Part shown: one piece after another, positions 1 to 12,342 of the stretch
Position numbering within the stretch: the stretch's first letter is position 1
How the letters are laid out: each line of letters starts with the position of its first letter
The notes under the pieces: generated by a model
What the model saw: only the letters and a program-made list of their open reading frames with translations
Database searches by the model: none
What the model was told of the DNA's origin: nothing
From: Octopus sinensis
Lineage: Eukaryota
Length of the DNA stretch: 64,000 bases
Direction: 5' to 3'
Assembly: GCF_006345805.1 (NCBI RefSeq)
Contig: NC_042997.1
Coordinates: 113,398,001-113,462,000 of the forward strand
Position numbers and translations under genes: made by a program

Positions 1-267
1 TGGAAGGTGTTTATAAGCCATTTAAGAAACACACAAAAACCATTAGATTCACTTCAACAATTAAATTTAATTTGTCAAAATATTTTCGTCGCTTTGAGAC
101 CGTGACCTGTTCACTGACAAAACTTCATGGAGATGCAGCATGAAGTTTTGTCAGTGAACAGGTCGCAGTCTCAATGCAACGAAAATATTTTGACAAATTA
201 AATTTAAATGTTGAAGTGAATCTAATGGTTTTTGTGTGTTTCTCAAATGGCTTATAAACACCTTCCA
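1..267. repeat. Foldback (hairpin) repeat, ~130-bp arms, truncated by window start
   Basis: 1-129 is the near-perfect reverse complement of 139-267 around the loop GAGATGCAG; a single-arm copy lies at ~46430-46600. Confidence 0.9.
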
Positions 268-407
268 CGCTGCAATTGTTATATACATATTTATATTAGG
301 AAAAATAAGAAAATAGAGATAAAATTGATAATTGATAAACATCAATTATTATTTATTGATTACAAAAAGATAATATCTCATCTAACAGCTGTTTCTAGTT
401 TGGGCAT

Positions 408-551
408 AATCAGGCTGTCAGGCAGTACTGGCATCAGCCAGACTTGAATGGTGCTTTTTATGTGCCACTGGCATGGGAGCCAGTCAGGCAACACTGGCAA
501 TGACCACACTTGAATGGTGCTTTTTACGTACCACTGGCATGGGAGCCAGTC
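408..551 (-). mobile_element. Fragment of RTE 3' UTR tandem units
   Basis: Two copies of the ~65-nt unit (...cttgaatggtgctttttacgtgccactggcatgggagccagtc) also found in the RTE 3' ends elsewhere in the window. Confidence 0.75.
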
Positions 552-997
552 GAATATTTGCAATAATTTGTTTGAAGACACTGATATTTACTGCTACAGT
601 TTATTGTGGCTGCATTTGTTGTTTGTTCAATCAAGACGGTTATTGCTGAGTAGTTTCTAAAGTAGTAAACAGTCTATGAAAAGAATAGCAGGGAAATATA
701 AATCAAACACAACGGAAGATCCTTCGCATGTAACCACTTTGAAATCAGGATATCCAATTAAGTTTTATCCAATTACGTTATGTTGGAAACGTATTTCTGT
801 CTCCAATCATGTTTTTTTTCTTGCTACTTCAATAACAGTGTAACACTGGATACATCACAACTCCTGAGCTTCATATGCTTAATTCTAATTGCTTGTTTAA
901 TGCTAGATACATTAAATACAAATTTTACTGTTGTTTTTCATTCAGATGGTGTCTCTGTAATTAAACTGAATATTTTTTGTGCTAACCTTGGATCGTA

Positions 998-1363
998 GAG
1001 TGACCTGCTGTTCTTGAGGAGACCTATTGAGTCAAGTACGTCAACATCAAAATAAAAATCAAATGGAAATTGTAGTTAAGACACTCGTGCCAGTGACACA
1101 TAAAAAGCACCATCCATGACGGTGACACGTAGAAGCACCAACCAATCATGGCCGTTTGCCAGCCTGCTCTGGTCCCTGAGCCGGTGGGACATAAAAAACA
1201 CTCACTACACTCACAGAGTGGTTGGCGTTAGGAAGGGCATCCAGCTGTACAAACACTGCCAAGTCAGACTAGAGCCTGGTGCAGCCTCCATAGCTTACCA
1301 GACCCCGGTTGAACCGTCCAACCTATGCTAGCATGGAAAACAGACATTAAATGATGATGATGA
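998..1363 (+). mobile_element. RTE LINE 3' UTR fragment
   Basis: ggcgttaggaagggcatccagctgt...gcatggaaaacagacattaaatgatgatgatg tail; the same tail is linked to RTE ORF ends at 19071-20432. Confidence 0.8.
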
Positions 1364-2119
1364 TTTTTTTTATTGTATTCTCTTGTTTCTTCTGCCTATT
1401 TGCGTGCAACATTCTACAAGGACAAAATGAAAAGTTCACAAGATGACTGTAAAGGAGTGATTTTACACCTCCTAAGTGATTCTCTCATCACTACTTCAGC
1501 TAGAGTGGTGATGTTTATACTCCACTGTGGAAGTCACTAAAATAGAAACCTGTCTAAAATTATCTCCCTTAATGAAGTAACTAAATTAATTAGTCCTTGT
1601 GCTGATATTGTCTGTCCTTCATTACAAAATACTTTTAATTCGGTATTTAGTGCCTCAAGACATTAAATATCTAACACTAACATTACCTCTATGCATACAG
1701 TTTATGGATTAAAAACTAGTGTGCTACTTGGCAGATGATGGGCAACTTTGGAAGTCTACTTATTTGTCAGGATGGTTAATAACAGGAAATATGGTATTCT
1801 TACAATAATTTCTATAAAATTTCTTGGTGTTTATACAAAATAACTGTTTCAAATTTTGGCACAAGGCCAGCAATTTTAGGGGAGAGTGAGGTTAATCAAT
1901 TACATCAATATTTGTACTTGACTTCTACTTTGTTTTCGTGACTCCTAAAAAAATAAAAAAAGGCAAGTTGAACTCAGCAGAACTTGAACCCTGAGAGTAA
2001 AGAGTCGAAAGAAGTGCGACTAAAAATTTCGTCCAATGAAGTGATTCCACCAATGAGTCTGCCAGCTCAGTTTCCAAAAGAAAAATAATTCTTGCCTGAA
2101 CAATAAAACGAATTTCTCA

Positions 2120-2760
2120 TTTGAATAACTCTCCCTCCACAACTACTCAAATATTTACTCTCCTCCTCCTCTTTTTCGTCTTCTTCCTTCTCCTCTTTCT
2201 CTCCTCCTCTTACCTCTCTTCCTCCACCACCACCTTCTCCACTCCTCTACCTCCTCCTCTTTTTCTTCTTCCTTCCCCTCCTCTTCCCTCTCTTCCTCCA
2301 CCACCACCTTTTCCATTCCTCAACCTCCTCCTCCTTTTCTTCTTCCTTCTCCTCCTCCTCTTTCACTGCTTCTCTTACCTCCTTTTCTCCACCACCACCT
2401 TCTCCACTCCTCAACCTCCTCCTCCTTTTCTTCTTCCTTCTCCTCCTCTTCCACCCCTTCTCTTACCTCCCTTTCTCCACCACCACCTTCTCCACTCCTC
2501 AACCTCCTCCTCCTTTTCTTTTTCCTTCTCCTCCTCCTTTTCTTATCCCTTCTCCTCCTCCTTTTCTTTTTCCTTCTCCTCCTCTTCTTCCTCCACATTA
2601 TCCTCCCCTCCTTTTACTTCTCTTCCTTCACAACCACATACTCCACTCCTCTACTTCCTCCTCCTCCACCTCTTCCTGTTTCTCCTTTTCCCACTTCCTT
2701 TTCCTTCTTCACCTCCCCCTAGTCCACTCCTGCCACCTATGATTCTTTCATTTTCACTAT
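2120..2760. repeat. Polypyrimidine low-complexity tract (CCT/CTT/CCA)n with internal duplication
   Basis: Almost purely C/T on the + strand; ttctccaccaccaccttctccactcctc recurs. Confidence 0.9.
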
Positions 2761-2771
2761 AGGTGTTTATA

Positions 2772-2803
<32 letters not shown>

Positions 2804-3169
2804 ACTTGTGGGTGAGTGGGTGTAGTGTCCCTGTCTAGTCTATCTCTCTTTTACTCCCTCTCCTCATCTCTCTCTGTATGATGTAAACATAATTGAGGAA
2901 GTCAACCAACCAACCAACCGACCAATATTTATATCATCAGCTATTATTAAATGAAAATGGATGTCACTTGAAACATAACATGTGACTCTTGAAAGTATTC
3001 TTGTGGCACCATGGCTAATCTCAGGAAACATGTCATGCATACAATTATTGTAATTCAATTTTTAGCAAAATTCTTGCTACTTATAACAAAATGATGGAAT
3101 GAATACTAATTTTCAAAAGCAAAATATTCATTATCTCAAAATTAAATTGAATTAAACAAATCTCTCTTT

Positions 3170-3233
3170 TGTATAGTCCCTCCCATCCCCATTCTCTCAT
3201 TTCTTCTCCTTCTTCTTCTTCTTCTTCTTCTTC

Positions 3234-3275
<42 letters not shown>

Positions 3276-3510
3276 TTCTTCTTCTTCTTCTTCTTCTTCT
3301 TCCTCCTCCTCCTCCTCCTCCTTCTTTTCTGTTTCTCCTCTTCTGCCTTCCTCTTTTTCCTCTCCTCTTCTTCCTTTTCTTCTTCCTCTTTTTCTTCCTC
3401 CTCTTCCTCCTTCTCCAACTCACCTTCTTTCTCCCTTCCCCTCTCTCTCCTTTCTCCTTCTCCCCCTTCTCCTCCCCTCCACTCCTATCACTTTGATCCT
3501 TTCTCTCTCA
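3170..3510. repeat. Compound trinucleotide tract (CTT)n(TTA)n(CTT)n(CCT)n
   Basis: Read directly. Confidence 0.9.
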
Positions 3511-3872
3511 TTGTGTCTTTGTCCTTTGATGATCTTTTGTGGTCCGAGCATTTGTAACACCTATCGTAGGGCTCCAAACAACCACGATACTGAAGTGTGT
3601 GTAAGAACCTTTATATAAACCTGTATTTATCCTTATTTCTTAATATATATGTTTTTATTCAGTTTTATTTCAAGATTTTTTGCCAAAACAGAAAGGGTCA
3701 CTTTCTAACAAACACCCAAGGCCCCCTCATTGGAATTTCAACAACATCAACAGGGTGTTTGTGCATGTTTGAATGTATGTGTGCAATATTTGCAGTGAGT
3801 GCATGTGCAGATTTGTACATGCACTGTTTTATGTATGTATTCTCATGCATATAACTACATATCTAGACATGC

Positions 3873-4320
3873 TCATCATCATCATCGTTTAACGTCCGCT
3901 TTCCATGCTAGCAGGGGTTGGATGATTTGATTGAGGACTGGCGAACCAGATGGCTGCACCAGGCTCCAATCTTGATCTGGCAGAGTTTCTACTGCTGGAT
4001 GCCCTTCCTAACGCCAACCACTCCGAGAGTGTAGTGGGTGCTTTTATGTGCCACTGGCATGGGGGCCAGTCAGGCGGTACTGGTAATGGCCTCGCTCAAA
4101 TCTTTTTACACATGCCACCAGGACAGGTGCCAGTAAGGCAATGCTGGTAATGATCACACTTGAACGGTGTCTTTTACGTGCCACGGAAGCCAGTTGGCTG
4201 CTCTGGCAACGATCATGCTTGGATGGTGCTCTTAGCACCCTACTAGCATGGGGCTCAAGTGCCAGTAAGGCGACACTGGTAACGATCACACTTGAATGGT
4301 GCCTTTTATGTGCCACTGGC
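3873..4320 (-). mobile_element. RTE LINE 3' UTR insertion with probable TSD
   Basis: RTE tail on the minus strand; flanked by atgctca / acgctca; the uninterrupted site is seen in the duplicate unit at ~4705. Confidence 0.8.
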
Positions 4321-4802
4321 ACGCTCATATATATTTAAATGATAAACTTCTGGAAAGTTTTACAGATTTTTACAGTTCCAGTGATGGCTTGACTCTGCAA
4401 TCTTCTAATTAGTTTTCCTTCATTCCTGGTTTTGAGAAGCCTAATTTCTCAAGATTGGTATTTAGATTGTATGTACTATGTATGTGTGTGTCTATTTGTA
4501 TGTATGCATATATGTATGTCATTATTCAGTTTATTTCAATATTTCTTGCCAACAGAGAAAGAACCAGTTTGTAACCTAGATCCAAAGCTCCTTCACTGGA
4601 ATTTCAACTCCAACAACAGGGTATTTTTGTTTGTATGTGTGTATGTATGTACAGATTTGTATGTTTTATGTATGTCTTCTCATGCATATAGATACATATC
4701 TAGACATGCACATATATATTTAAATGGTCAACTTCTGGAAATAGAAATAATATATTTTTAAATCTCTCAGAGAGATTTATGCAGTAGCAACACAATAAAG
4801 TG

Positions 4803-5062
4803 ATAGTGTGTTGTCAACTTAATGTGACAGTCCCATGAAAGGGAAGAATGCTACTGTTATTTAGCCCTAAGAAACACCGTTTCCTGTTGGACTTGACACA
4901 TTTCCTGTGTCCTTATGCTTTCAAGGTGCTTGTCTCCACTTTGAAAACATAAGGACACAGGAAATGTGTTAAGTCCAACAGGAAACAGTGTTTCCTAAGG
5001 CTAAATAACAATAGCATTCTTCCCTTTCATGGAACTGTCACATTAAGTTGACAACATACTAT
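4803..5062. repeat. Foldback/MITE-like hairpin, ~125-bp arms
   Basis: 4803-4928 pairs with 4937-5062 around the loop CTTGTCTC. Confidence 0.9.
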
Positions 5063-5457
5063 TAACTTCTGGAAAGTTTTACAGATTTTTACAGTTCCAG
5101 TAATGAATTGGATCTGTAGCCTTCGAATCAGCTTTCTCCTTTCTGGTTTTGAAAAGCCTCTGTGTGTGTGTGTGTATCACTTCTTGATTGGTTTAGTAGC
5201 AAATGATAGAAGTCTCAAACTTAATATAACGGAGTTACTCATCTGACAGAATTATTATGAGAAAATATAAGGAAAAAAAGAGGAGCTGTCATCTTGAAAT
5301 CTATCAGGAAGACACAGAAGTTACTTGGGAGGAAAAAATGGCTTTAAAATAATTGGAAATTTTTTAACAATTCTCTCTCTCTCTCTTACTCTCACTTTTT
5401 CTCCCTTTCTCTCTTCATTCTCTCTCTATCTTCATTTTTCATCTCACTCACTCAACC

Positions 5458-5509
<52 letters not shown>

Positions 5510-5953
5510 ACTCATTTTCTATCTCATTATTACAAATTTGTCAAAATTGAGTTGCTTGTTTTTTTTCATTTATTTCTAAGTCCATCAGCGTAAATATGAA
5601 ACAAAAACATACAAACATACACACACACACACACTCAAATATGTGCAAAGTTATATTCGTATGTGTATTTGTGTGTGATGAAATAAAGTTATTATTTTAA
5701 AGCTAGTTTTAGAATCACAACAGAACGTCTGTTGATGATGGGAGGCAGGTGAGGAATCTAGTCTAAGAATATCCTGAAATGTATTTTAAAGTTTGTCTTC
5801 ACTAAGACTTGAAATTTTGCCTAATTTTAGCTTATTTATGTATGGTTATATAAGCATGGGTATATGTGTATATATATACGTGTGTGTGTGTGTTCATATA
5901 TAAATATATATATATATAAATATATATATATATATTTATTTATATATATATGT

Positions 5954-6013
<60 letters not shown>

Positions 6014-6043
6014 GTATGTATGTATATATATATATATATATAT

Positions 6044-6443
6044 AGGCGCAGGAGTGGCTGTGTGGTAAGTAGCTTTCTTACCAACCACATGGTTCCAGGT
6101 TCAGTCCCACTGCGTGGCATCTTGGGCGAGTGTCTTCTGCTATAGCCTCGGGCCGACCAATGCCTTGTGAGTGGATTTGGTAGACGGAAACTGAAAGAGG
6201 CCTGTCGTATATATGTATATATATATATGTATTTGTGTGTCTGTGTTTGTCCCCCTAGCATTGCTTGACAACCGATGCTGGTGTGTTTACGTCCCCGTCA
6301 CTTAGCCGTTCGGCAAAAAGAGACTGATAGAATAAGTACTAGGCTTACAAAGAATAAGTCCCGGGGTCAATTTGCTCGACTAAAGGCGGTGCTCCAGCAT
6401 GGCCACAGTCAAATGACTGAAACAAGTAAAAGAGTAAAAGAGT
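6044..6443 (+). mobile_element. tRNA-derived SINE family S1, full length, with internal (TA)/(TG) microsatellite
   Basis: A-box-like gtggctgtgtggtaag, B-box-like ggttcagtccc, tail gactgaaacaagtaaaagag; many copies in the window. Confidence 0.85.
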
Positions 6444-6520
6444 AATATATAATAATTTTTTGCGTAATAAGATAAAAAAACCCAAGGCTGTATAGATATT
6501 AGAGCATTTATAGATAGAAG

Positions 6521-6572
6521 GTCTTACAGTTGTTTCTAAGATATTTATTAATAATATCCCTTCATCGATGAC
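6521..6572 (-). ncRNA. Degenerate minimal hammerhead-ribozyme-like motif
   Basis: Minus strand gtca-TCGATGA-A-GGGATAT...ATATCTT-A-GAAA-caactg-TA-agac; core mutated from CTGATGA. Confidence 0.4.
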
Positions 6573-6888
6573 GGTGTGAGAAGAAAATTAAATCATAGTT
6601 AGTTTAGATGTGATACAAAATAGAGAGTGAGGTGGAGGAAAGAAAATAGATGCAAGATATGTATGGGTATTGAAGTTGTAAATCCGTTTTATAGGCATGA
6701 TGGTATATATGCAATATTCTAATATCTTTTGAGTGTAATCCAAAAGTCCAACAGAGTTTAATATGAGTCCTTCCAAATATAGAGTTTATAAGCAATGTAA
6801 GATTCCCTTATGAGTGAGATGCAGCAGATTTTTAAACTGATTTTTAAATATATATATATATATATATATAAAATATGTATATTTAGAT

Positions 6889-7046
6889 GCAGGAGTGGCT
6901 ATGTGGTAAGTAGCTTGCTTACCAACCACATGGTTCTAAGTTCAGTCCCAGTGTGACACTTTGAGCAAGTGTCTTCTACTATAGCCTTGGGCCGACCAAA
7001 GCTTTGTAAGTGGATTTGGTAGACGGAAACTGAAAGAAGCCCATCT

Positions 7047-7084
<38 letters not shown>

Positions 7085-7242
7085 GCTTCTTTCAGTTTCC
7101 ATCTACCAAATCCACTCACAAGGCTTTAGTCAGCCCAAGGCTATGGTAGAAGACACTTGCCCAAGGTGCCACGCAGTGGGACTGAACCCAGACCTATGTG
7201 GTTGGTAAGAAAGCTACTTACCAGACAGCCACTCCTGCGCCT
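6889..7242. mobile_element. Two S1 SINE 5' halves in inverted orientation around (TA)n
   Basis: 6889-7052 (+) and 7080-7242 (-) are mutual reverse complements. Confidence 0.85.
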
Positions 7243-8212
7243 TTATATATGTACATATATATATATATATATCCATACATATATTTCCTGGAAGGGCTAA
7301 GTTGGCCGCAGCAGGGTTTGAAGTTAGAATGTAAAGAAATGGAAGAAATGCTACTAAGCATTTTGTCTGCCGCGCTAACAATTGCCAAAATATTGCTAAA
7401 TTTAATTCGTTACTATCGCAGAAATAATTCTCAATGGGAGGACATTTATGCATTAAGCCCTGGCATAATTTACAAGCTCGTTCTTTCTAAAAAATAACTT
7501 ATCTTTTGCTCTTGTAACAGAATACTTGTGTGTGTGTGTCTGTGTCTGTGTGCATGTCTGCATGCATGTCTGTTCCTCTGTGTGTCTGCGTGCACATGGG
7601 TATGTTGAGGGCGATGAAAGAGTTAAATATTTACAACTGCAACGTATTATTACAGCAGCCTCGCCCTACTTATCTGCATCATAAACTCCCACTTATTCCT
7701 GCTATCATAAATCTAGTATTCAGTCTTCTTTTGAAACACTGTAATAAATACGAAATTCAAGAAAGCTGGTGTCGTGCTGAGACATTAATAGAGTCCATGA
7801 CCTGATTTAGATTTCCAGTTGAAACACAGCTTCATTTACGTTGCTTTACTAAATACCCATGGGGGAAGAACGTAATAGAATGCATATTTTCCACACTGTA
7901 AACCAGTGACTTGGTTTAATGAAGCAATGTGTAAAAAAAACAAACAAAAATAAACTATGATGTAATGTAAACGCTAAGAAGCAGAAAAACTCAATGAAAG
8001 TGGACACAATATTTTCGGGTGTGGTTTAGTTGCTTAAATAAATAAGTTCAAATTGTGTACACACGTTTGTATTCTATCAAAATTAGGTTAGTCAGTAAAT
8101 ATTGAAGGGTTAAGGGGTTGGGTACAGGACCAAACTATTCCAAAATCAAGTATCCTTAACCTTTTTATTATGATTCCAGACTTCCAAAGAATTGCTAAAT
8201 ATCTTCTCTTAC

Positions 8213-8271
8213 GTCTTTCACTAGACTGCTGAAGTAATCATCATCACCAATTCTATCATATTCCAGGAAGA
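8213..8271 (-). CDS. Putative internal exon, unknown protein (xFLEYDRIGDDDYFSSLVKD)
   Basis: Minus strand tattttgaag acceptor, 59-nt open frame (phase 1 to 0), GTAAGA donor; unique sequence. Confidence 0.3.
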
Positions 8272-8655
8272 CTTCAAAATATAGCAATGCCTTGGTTTTA
8301 TTATATTTATGGAGAACCTGGAACAGAACAGCATTTCATAAGGAGTTTGTTGTGTTTATTTATAGAGAAACAGCAAATGACTTAGAGAAGCCTAACTACT
8401 GTAGATAGACGGGTGCCAGTGTAGAAGTGTGTGGTAAGTAGTTTGCTTCCCAACCACTTGGTTTCAAGTTCAGTCCTACTGTGTGACACCTTAGGCAAGC
8501 AGTTTCTACTATATCCCCCTGGCTGACCAAAACCTTTATGGTGGGTTTGGTACACAGAAACTGAAAGCAGTTCGCTTCTGTCATACATACATACACATAC
8601 ATATATATATATGTATGTATATATATATGTATATGTATATGTCTATATATATATA

Positions 8656-8715
<60 letters not shown>

Positions 8716-8717
8716 AT

Positions 8718-9438
8718 TCTTTTATTTGTTTCAGTCATTTGACTGCGGCCATGCTGGAGTACCACTTTTAGTCAACCAAATCAACCCCAGGACATATTCT
8801 TTGTAAGCCTAGTACTTATTCTATCGGTTCCTTTTGCTGAACCACTAAGTTATGGGGACGTAAACACATCAACATCGCTTGTCTAGCAATGGTGGGAGGA
8901 CAAACATAGACACACAAACACATACACACAGACACACACACACACATATAACAGGCTCCTTTCAGTTTCCATCTACCAAATCCATTCACAAGGGCTTTGG
9001 TCGGCCTGAGGCTATAGTAGAAGGCACTTTCCCAAGGTGTCACACAGTGTGGTAAGTTGCTTGCTTACCAACCACATGGTTCCGGGTTCAGTCCCACTGT
9101 GTGACACCTTGGGCAAAGTGTCTTCTACTATAGCCTCGGACCGGCCAAAGCCTTGTAAGTGGATTTGGTAGACGGAAAGGGAAAGAAGCCCGTCATATAT
9201 ATGTATATGTATGTATGTGTGTGTATATGTTTGTGTGTCTGTTTGTCCCACCAACATTGCTTGACAACTGATGGTGATGTGTTTATGCCCTTGTAACTTA
9301 GCGGTTCAGCAAAAGAGACCGATAGAATAATTACACAGCTTACAAAGAATAAGTCCTGGGGTTGATTTATTCGACTAAAAGTTGGTGCTCCAGCATGGCT
9401 GCAATCAAATGACTGAAACAAGTAAAAGAATGAAAGAA
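8718..9438. mobile_element. Head-to-head pair of S1 SINEs
   Basis: Minus copy ~8718-9050 abuts plus copy ~9045-9438. Confidence 0.85.
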
Positions 9439-9527
9439 TACAGATTTATAATAGTGTAAAAAACAATCATAGTTAAGGGCATATGTCCTTAATTGTAATT
9501 GTATTTCATGCTATTATAAATCTCTTC

Positions 9528-9561
<34 letters not shown>

Positions 9562-9629
9562 GTCATAGTTTCTTATTCCTCCAGTCAGTACCCCACTCAA
9601 TAAGGGATCTTATCTTGCAGATATTTGGC

Positions 9630-9860
9630 AACCTCACCGGTGCTGGTGCCACATAAAAAAGCAACCAGTACACTCTGTAAAGTGGATGGCTGGTGTTAGG
9701 AAGGGCATCCAGCTGTAAGAACCATGCCAAAACAGACAATGGAATCTGGTGGAACTCTCTGGTTTATTGTTTTTTGTCAAACTGTCCAACCCATGCCAGC
9801 ACGGAAAAAAGGATGTTAGATGATGATGATGGTGATGATGATGATGATGATGATGACAAC
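9630..9860 (+). mobile_element. RTE 3' UTR fragment
   Basis: aggaagggcatccagctgt...ccatgccagcacggaaaaaaggatgttagatgatgatg. Confidence 0.75.
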
Positions 9861-9947
9861 AACGATGACAGACAGACAGACAGATAGATAGATCAATGGA
9901 TATATATGCATATACATACACACACACACATATATATCTTGTAAATG

Positions 9948-10377
9948 ATAATAATGGTATTTTTATATAAGCTTATGGCGATCACCATGCAATGACTAAG
10001 GAAAATAGTCCAATAACGGGGCATATAAGCCCTCAACAGAAAAAAGAAGGCTTTCTTATCCGCGTGGGATTGTAAAATATGGTCCCATATAACAAAACCA
10101 TTCACATTGAAAGCATTTATAGAAAGTTTGTTTACATAAAACAAATACAAACTAATACATTTCTTAAATTTGACAGAAAGAGGGAGGCTAATTCACGGGT
10201 GTAAAGATAACACACTTAGTTGTGTTAAAAAAGGGATATGGGTTCATATCCCATATGGATAGGAAAGCCTTCTCTTTTCCATCAAGGGCTTATATGCCCT
10301 GTTATTAGACTGTTTTCATTAGTCATTGCATGATGATTGCTATAAGCTTTCAGCTTATATAAAAATACCATTATTAT
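9948..10377. mobile_element. MITE-like element with ~120-bp terminal inverted repeats
   Basis: ataataatggtatttttatataagct... at left is the reverse complement of ...agcttatataaaaataccattattat at right. Confidence 0.8.
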
Positions 10378-11759
10378 TATTTACAGGATTGTAAAAATGG
10401 TGCTGTATAACAAAACCATTCGCACCAAAAACATATATGCATGTATGTATGTATGTAGGTAGGTAGATAAAAAATAAGCAGATTGATAAATAGATTGATA
10501 GATAGATGTTTATGTGTGTGCTTGTGTTATTGTGTCTTTGCCTTGATATTGGGTGATAGTTGGATAGTTTGTAAACGAGTGTCACCCTCATACAAGTGGT
10601 GCCTTTCACTTCCAATCTTTCACAAAAGCATGTCTGTTCACGGAGAGAAATATTACCTTACTTGAAAATAGGTGAGGGCAATGAGAAGGACATCCACCTG
10701 TAAAAAAATACCCATCTTTAAAAAACTTCCTTCCAACCCATGCAAGCATGGAAAGGGGCCATTTAAATGATGATGATGATGATGTTGATGATTAATAGCT
10801 ATTTTACAAAATAACTTTGATTCACCTTTCTCATATCATGAATCAGTAAAATTCTTTTCTTTGAATTATTTTACCAAATAGACGGAGAAAACAAACTGCT
10901 ACGAAACAAACATTTTCTTTAAAATATCTCAACTTCATTACAACATTAAGTCTAAATAATCTGGTGAGATTATGGCAATCAAGCCATGGCATGGAAGGCC
11001 AGTTACTGACAAGGTTATTTGCAAGTTATCTCACACATCAAGTTGAATTTTCCACTTTTGTTGCCGGTTAAAAAAATGTGCAGAAGGCTGTTTCATGGGG
11101 ATAGTTAGTTGCTAAGGAAACCAAAACATCCATTGCCTTCATTGGGAAGTTAAAGGGAAGCTGCAATCAGATCGAACCAAAATTGCTTGACATCTTGTCT
11201 AGGCCTTTTTGAAATCAGCCCTATTTCTTGACGCACAAGCGTGGCCGTGTGGTAAGGAGCTTGCTTCCCAACCACATGGTTTATGGGTTCAGACTCACTG
11301 TGTGGCACCTTGGGCATGTGTCTATAGCTATAGCCATGGGCTGAGTAAAATGTTGTCCTTATATTCTGAGTTCAAATCCTGTTGAAGTTGACTTTGCCTT
11401 TCATCCTTTCAGGGTTAATAGAATAACCACCACTTGAGTACTAGGCGGTGGGGGGATGTAATTAACTGAGCCCCTACCACAAAATTGCTGGCCTTGTGGA
11501 AAAATTTGAAACCAGCCTACACAGAATTTAAAAAAGAACTTTTAATAGTTTCATGCTTTAAAGATACAATAAATTGGCAGATTTATATAACTAGCCATGT
11601 ATCTCTAAGCAATCTTTCAAGCTCAGTGCATATCATTAGATATACAGTAATACTTCGCCATATCATGGTTCACCGATCACAGTTTATTATTTATGCTTAT
11701 GTTGATGCCTCTGTGGTGTTGTTTTGCATTTATAATAAAATAAATATGAACAAATTATG

Positions 11760-12152
11760 GCACTTGTGTCCCATGCTAGTAGGGTGGTATGAGCACCATC
11801 TGAGCATGATCGTTGCCAGAGTGGCTAACTGGCTTCCATGCCAGTGGCATGTAAAAGGCACCATTCGAGCGTGATCGTTACCAGCATCGCTTTACTGGCA
11901 CCTGTACCGGTGGCATGTGTAAAAAGATTCGAGTGAGGTCGTTGCCAGTACCGCCTGACTGGCCCCCGTGCTGGTGGCACATAAAAAGCACCCACTACAC
12001 TCTCTGAGTGGTTGGCATTAGGAAGGGCATCCAGCTGTAGAAACTCTGCCAGATCAAGATTGGAGCCTGGTGCAGCCATCTGGTTCACCAGCCCTCAGTC
12101 AAACCATCCAACCCATGCCAGCATGGAAAGCGGACGTTAAACGATGATGATG
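11760..12152 (+). mobile_element. RTE 3' UTR with tandem ~65-nt units
   Basis: Same tail as other copies, ends gcggacgttaaacgatgatgatgat. Confidence 0.85.
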
Positions 12153-12268
12153 ATATTGATGCCTCTGTGCTGTTATTTTGCATTTATGATAAAATAAATA
12201 TACACAAATTATGAAAATAATAGAAAATATATTCAGTACAGTACTGTTTCTACTTCGTGGATTTTCAC

Positions 12269-12342
12269 CTATCACAGGGCGTTTTGGACTGTAACATCCG
12301 CGATAGTCGAGGAATTATTGTATTTAAAACCAGGACACTGGT
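12269..12342 (-). CDS. Putative exon, unknown protein (TSVLVLNTIIPRLSRMLQSKTPCD, or terminal xQCPGFKYNNSSTIADVTVQNAL*)
   Basis: Strong minus-strand acceptor ttttctgtgttttctcatag, possible AG|GTGAAA donor, CpG-containing unique sequence. Confidence 0.3.

Larger units (their letters stand above)
3597..5160. repeat. Old diverged tandem duplication (about two units), each unit interrupted by a later insertion
   Basis: 3597-3872 resembles 4460-4735; 4330-4440 resembles 5063-5160 (aacttctggaaagttttacagatttttacagttccag). Confidence 0.75.

Noticed and set aside
2121-3618. Long Pro/Leu/Ser- and Lys/Arg/Glu-rich ORFs
   Set aside because: They are translations of CCT/CTT/TTA microsatellites, which lack stops by composition
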